NCBI GenBank assembly: GCA_028276785.1
Contig: JAPYVP010000023.1
Location: forward strand, 1 to 8,331
Length of the DNA: 8,331 nt
Origin: Candidatus Nanopusillus sp.
GTDB lineage: Archaea; Nanobdellota; Nanobdellia; Nanobdellales; Nanobdellaceae
Direction: 5' to 3'
A program made the position numbers and the translations under genes. Under the pieces are notes generated by a model. That model was not told where the DNA came from, made no database searches, and saw only the letters and a list, made by a program, of their open reading frames with translations. This document shows positions 6,809 to 8,331 of this stretch, one piece after another (the stretch's first letter is position 1; each line of letters begins with the position of its first letter).

Positions 6809-7221
6809 CTTATTTCTAAAAACCTAAAATTATTATTATCTTTTATACAATATAAAATCCTTTTTCTAGTACTATGTGCCACTCTATTTTTCGCTAGAAA
6901 ATCATATATATCTATTTTTTCATTAATATTTATTGGAATAGCAACCCATTTTGAATGTTCTTTGATATCCTCATATATTCTGAATACACCTCCAAACTTT
7001 AATCCAGTACCCAAATAATAACCCCTTTCCCTAAAATATTTATATGTATCATAATATAACTTGATTTTTTCATCTTTTAGAAAATAATTTATATTTAATT
7101 TATTGTTCTTTTCATCATATACTTCAATTTGGTTTTTTTCTAATAAATATAAAACTTCGTAGAAATATAAAATCTTATCCTCTGATAAAAATACTTTATC
7201 TTTATAGAATACTCTCTTCAT
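6793..7221 (-). CDS. endA: tRNA-splicing endonuclease, catalytic (alpha-type) subunit
   Basis: 142 aa. 'YDTYKYFRERGYYLGTGLKFGGVFRIYEDIKEHSKWVAIPI' and 'RVAHSTRKRILYCIKD' align with M. jannaschii EndA 'YKDLRTRGYIVKTGLKYGADFRLYE...KEHSVYLVKV' and 'RVAHSVRKKLLIAIVD'. The catalytic Tyr/His/Lys positions are retained. Confidence 0.9.
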   Translation of the reverse strand: MKRVFYKDKVFLSEDKILYFYEVLYLLEKNQIEVYDEKNNKLNINYFLKDEKIKLYYDTYKYFRERGYYLGTGLKFGGVFRIYEDIKEHSKWVAIPININEKIDIYDFLAKNRVAHSTRKRILYCIKDNNNFRFLEIRWKKL

Positions 7222-7242
7222 CTAATCTTAAATTATAAAAAA

Positions 7243-7250
7243 TATATAAA
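7243..7250 (-). promoter_or_regulatory. Putative TATA box for the endA alpha/beta pair (leaderless spacing)
   Basis: The - strand reads TTTATATA (the archaeal consensus) at -29 to -22 relative to the A of the endA ATG (7221). It lies in the 31-nt gap after tRNA-Thr and overlaps the tRNA's T5 trailer. Confidence 0.5.
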
Positions 7251-7252
7251 AA
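7248..7252 (-). terminator. Oligo-T (T5) immediately 3' of tRNA-Thr
   Basis: The - strand has TTTTT directly after discriminator A73. This is the typical archaeal termination signal, but the site is short and the background AT-rich. Confidence 0.45.
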
Positions 7253-7325
7253 TGCCGCCGGTGGGACTTGAACCCACGACCTGTGGATTACAAGTCCACC
7301 GCTCTACCAACTGAGCTACGGCGGC
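7253..7325 (-). tRNA. tRNA-Thr (anticodon TGT), no intron, CCA not encoded
   Basis: The reverse complement is GCCGCCG-TA-GCTC-AGTTGGTA-GAGC-G-GTGGA-CTTGTAA-TCCAC-AGGTC-GTGGG-TTCAAGT-CCCAC-CGGCGGC-A. This is a perfect cloverleaf with fully Watson-Crick stems and anticodon TGT. About 62% G+C by my count. Confidence 0.95.
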
Positions 7326-7345
7326 GATAAAATATAAAATATTAG

Positions 7346-7351
7346 AAAAAA
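7346..7351 (-). terminator. Oligo-T (T6) downstream of the archaellin gene
   Basis: The - strand reads TAA-AGATTTTAAC-TTTTTT, beginning 11 nt after the archaellin stop. It lies in the 36-nt gap before tRNA-Thr. Confidence 0.4.
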
Positions 7352-7361
7352 GTTAAAATCT

Positions 7362-8213
7362 TTAGCTTCCTCCTAAGGAAACTACTGATTGAGCTAAAAC
7401 AGCTGGTATAACTCCACCATATTGAGCTGTGTATCCATTTATTGGCGTTATTTGTATGTTATAATTTTCATTTGTCAACAAACCATTAGGTAGATAATAC
7501 ATTATTTCATACATATCTCCAGTTGTTAAATATACACTTTCTTGCTTTATAGATAGTCCAATTATTGCATATGGATTTTGAATTCCGGCTTCATTCATTG
7601 ATTGCAATATTTGGAATACTTGATTTATACTCAATGGATATCCAACTATTGAAGAATTTAATCCTATTGTACATGAAACCAAAGTTTCATTTATATATGT
7701 AAAGTTTGTATATATATACTGATTTGTGAAATTGTTTAGTATAGAACATACTCTAGGATTATTTATTGTTACATTCAATACATTTACTTGATTATTAAAC
7801 ATAAATCCTGTTATTATAAAGCTTCCTCCCTGTAATACACCATATATTGCTGTAGGATAATATTGTGAGGGTGCATATGAATAAACATTTCCTTTACTAT
7901 CTGTAATTAAAGTACTTACATATTCAAAATTAATTGGATTAGAACCTGGCATTAATGATACAACAGGTCCCAAAACAGTTATTTTCTGTAGATAATTATT
8001 TAATTGTCCACTTGATGGATCATATTGATATCCAAATATATGTTTAATTTGCATACCTGTTGTTATTCTTTGCTCAGCTTGCGCACCTGTTTGTAATGCT
8101 TTTGATTGCAAAGAACTTGCTGTATATATTATCACACCGGCCGCTACTGCTGCTGTTACTATTATTGCTATTAATATAATTAATGTTGACAAACCAAACT
8201 GTGTCCTTACCAT
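7362..8213 (-). CDS. arlB: Archaellin (archaeal flagellin, FlaB/ArlB family) with class III (type IV pilin-like) signal peptide
   Basis: 283 aa. The N-terminus 'MVRTQFG|LSTLIILIAIIVTAAVAAGVIIYTASSLQSKALQTGAQAEQRITTGMQI' matches the conserved archaellin N-terminal domain (G-cleavage site, hydrophobic helix, 'LQ.KA..TG.....Q...G.Q' segment). The C-terminal part is variable and beta-rich with five N-x-S/T sequons. Confidence 0.9.
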   Translation of the reverse strand: MVRTQFGLSTLIILIAIIVTAAVAAGVIIYTASSLQSKALQTGAQAEQRITTGMQIKHIFGYQYDPSSGQLNNYLQKITVLGPVVSLMPGSNPINFEYVSTLITDSKGNVYSYAPSQYYPTAIYGVLQGGSFIITGFMFNNQVNVLNVTINNPRVCSILNNFTNQYIYTNFTYINETLVSCTIGLNSSIVGYPLSINQVFQILQSMNEAGIQNPYAIIGLSIKQESVYLTTGDMYEIMYYLPNGLLTNENYNIQITPINGYTAQYGGVIPAVLAQSVVSLGGS

Positions 8214-8235
8214 AATGAATTAAAAGATTTTAAAC

Positions 8236-8247
8236 ATTATAAATTTT
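8236..8247 (-). promoter_or_regulatory. Putative BRE/TATA element for the archaellin gene (leaderless spacing)
   Basis: The - strand reads AAAA-TTTATAAT. The TATA octamer lies at -30 to -23 relative to the A of the ATG (8213). Confidence 0.45.
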
Positions 8248-8331
8248 ACCTAAAAAGTAGTTATTTGCTTAATAATGCAATTGTCTCCATATGATACGTA
8301 TGCGGAAATTGGTCAATAAAAATTATGTTTT

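Noticed and set aside
4945-7325. tRNA-Thr lying ~900 nt upstream of thrS as a possible cognate regulatory (T-box-like or autoregulatory operator) arrangement
   Set aside because: T-box riboswitches are bacterial, and no tRNA-like operator structure is visible in the 22-nt region upstream of thrS. The other flanking tRNA is Asp, so the cognate pairing may be coincidence.
8294-8301. 8-bp perfect palindrome ATACGTAT (next to CATATG) upstream of the archaellin promoter, as a possible regulator-binding site
   Set aside because: It is short, does not extend into the flanks (G/G mismatch), and probably lies inside coding sequence of a neighbouring gene. Such palindromes are expected by chance.
8261-8331. 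Window-edge coding potential: a - strand frame open from the right edge to TAA at 8263-8261 (…NIIFIDQFPHTYHMETIALLSK*), followed by T5 at 8256-8252; alternatively a + strand ATG at 8291 (MIRMRKLVNKNYV…)
   Set aside because: Only about 13-23 codons are visible. An open frame of this length has a non-trivial chance probability even in AT-rich DNA, and the two readings are mutually exclusive. It cannot be resolved without sequence beyond the window.
1-8331. Search for CRISPR repeats, transposase/integrase genes, terminal inverted repeats, tandem repeats, split tRNA halves or tRNA introns
   Set aside because: I could see no repeated spacer-interrupted units, mobile-element proteins or extra GC-rich islands beyond the two tRNAs. 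Both tRNAs are contiguous canonical cloverleaves. A by-eye repeat search is imperfect, so a dot-plot or repeat finder should confirm this.

Overview
Very AT-rich (roughly a quarter G+C by eye, not computed), tightly packed archaeal sequence with two strongly GC-rich tRNA genes. This pattern suggests a thermophilic, genome-reduced archaeon (Nanoarchaeota/DPANN-like or crenarchaeal-like); that lineage call is inference only. The left half (+ strand, 1-4302) is one overlapping four-gene N-glycosylation-type operon. It holds the 3' part of a sequon-rich hypothetical protein, an AglH/Alg7-type GlcNAc-1-P transferase, a 12-TM MOP/Wzx-type flippase with an extra ~186-aa N-terminal soluble domain, and a PfkB-family sugar/nucleoside kinase. 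The right half (- strand, 8213 down to 4320) holds an archaellin, tRNA-Thr(UGU), the catalytic and structural subunits of a heteromeric tRNA-splicing endonuclease (adjacent, overlapping by 16 nt), and a threonyl-tRNA synthetase with no N-terminal editing domain. These are followed by a small atypical kinase-fold protein (ATGA overlap with thrS) and tRNA-Asp(GUC), whose 5' end directly abuts the kinase stop codon. I found no CRISPR array, mobile element, intron-containing or split tRNA, or recognisable defence system. The best candidates for new biology are the tRNA-centred gene array (linked endonuclease subunits, editing-less ThrRS, coupled atypical kinase, spacer-less tRNA), an Asp-to-Asn change in a conserved AglH motif, and the flippase fusion domain. 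All functional calls come from by-eye motif recognition and need database or structure searches to confirm.
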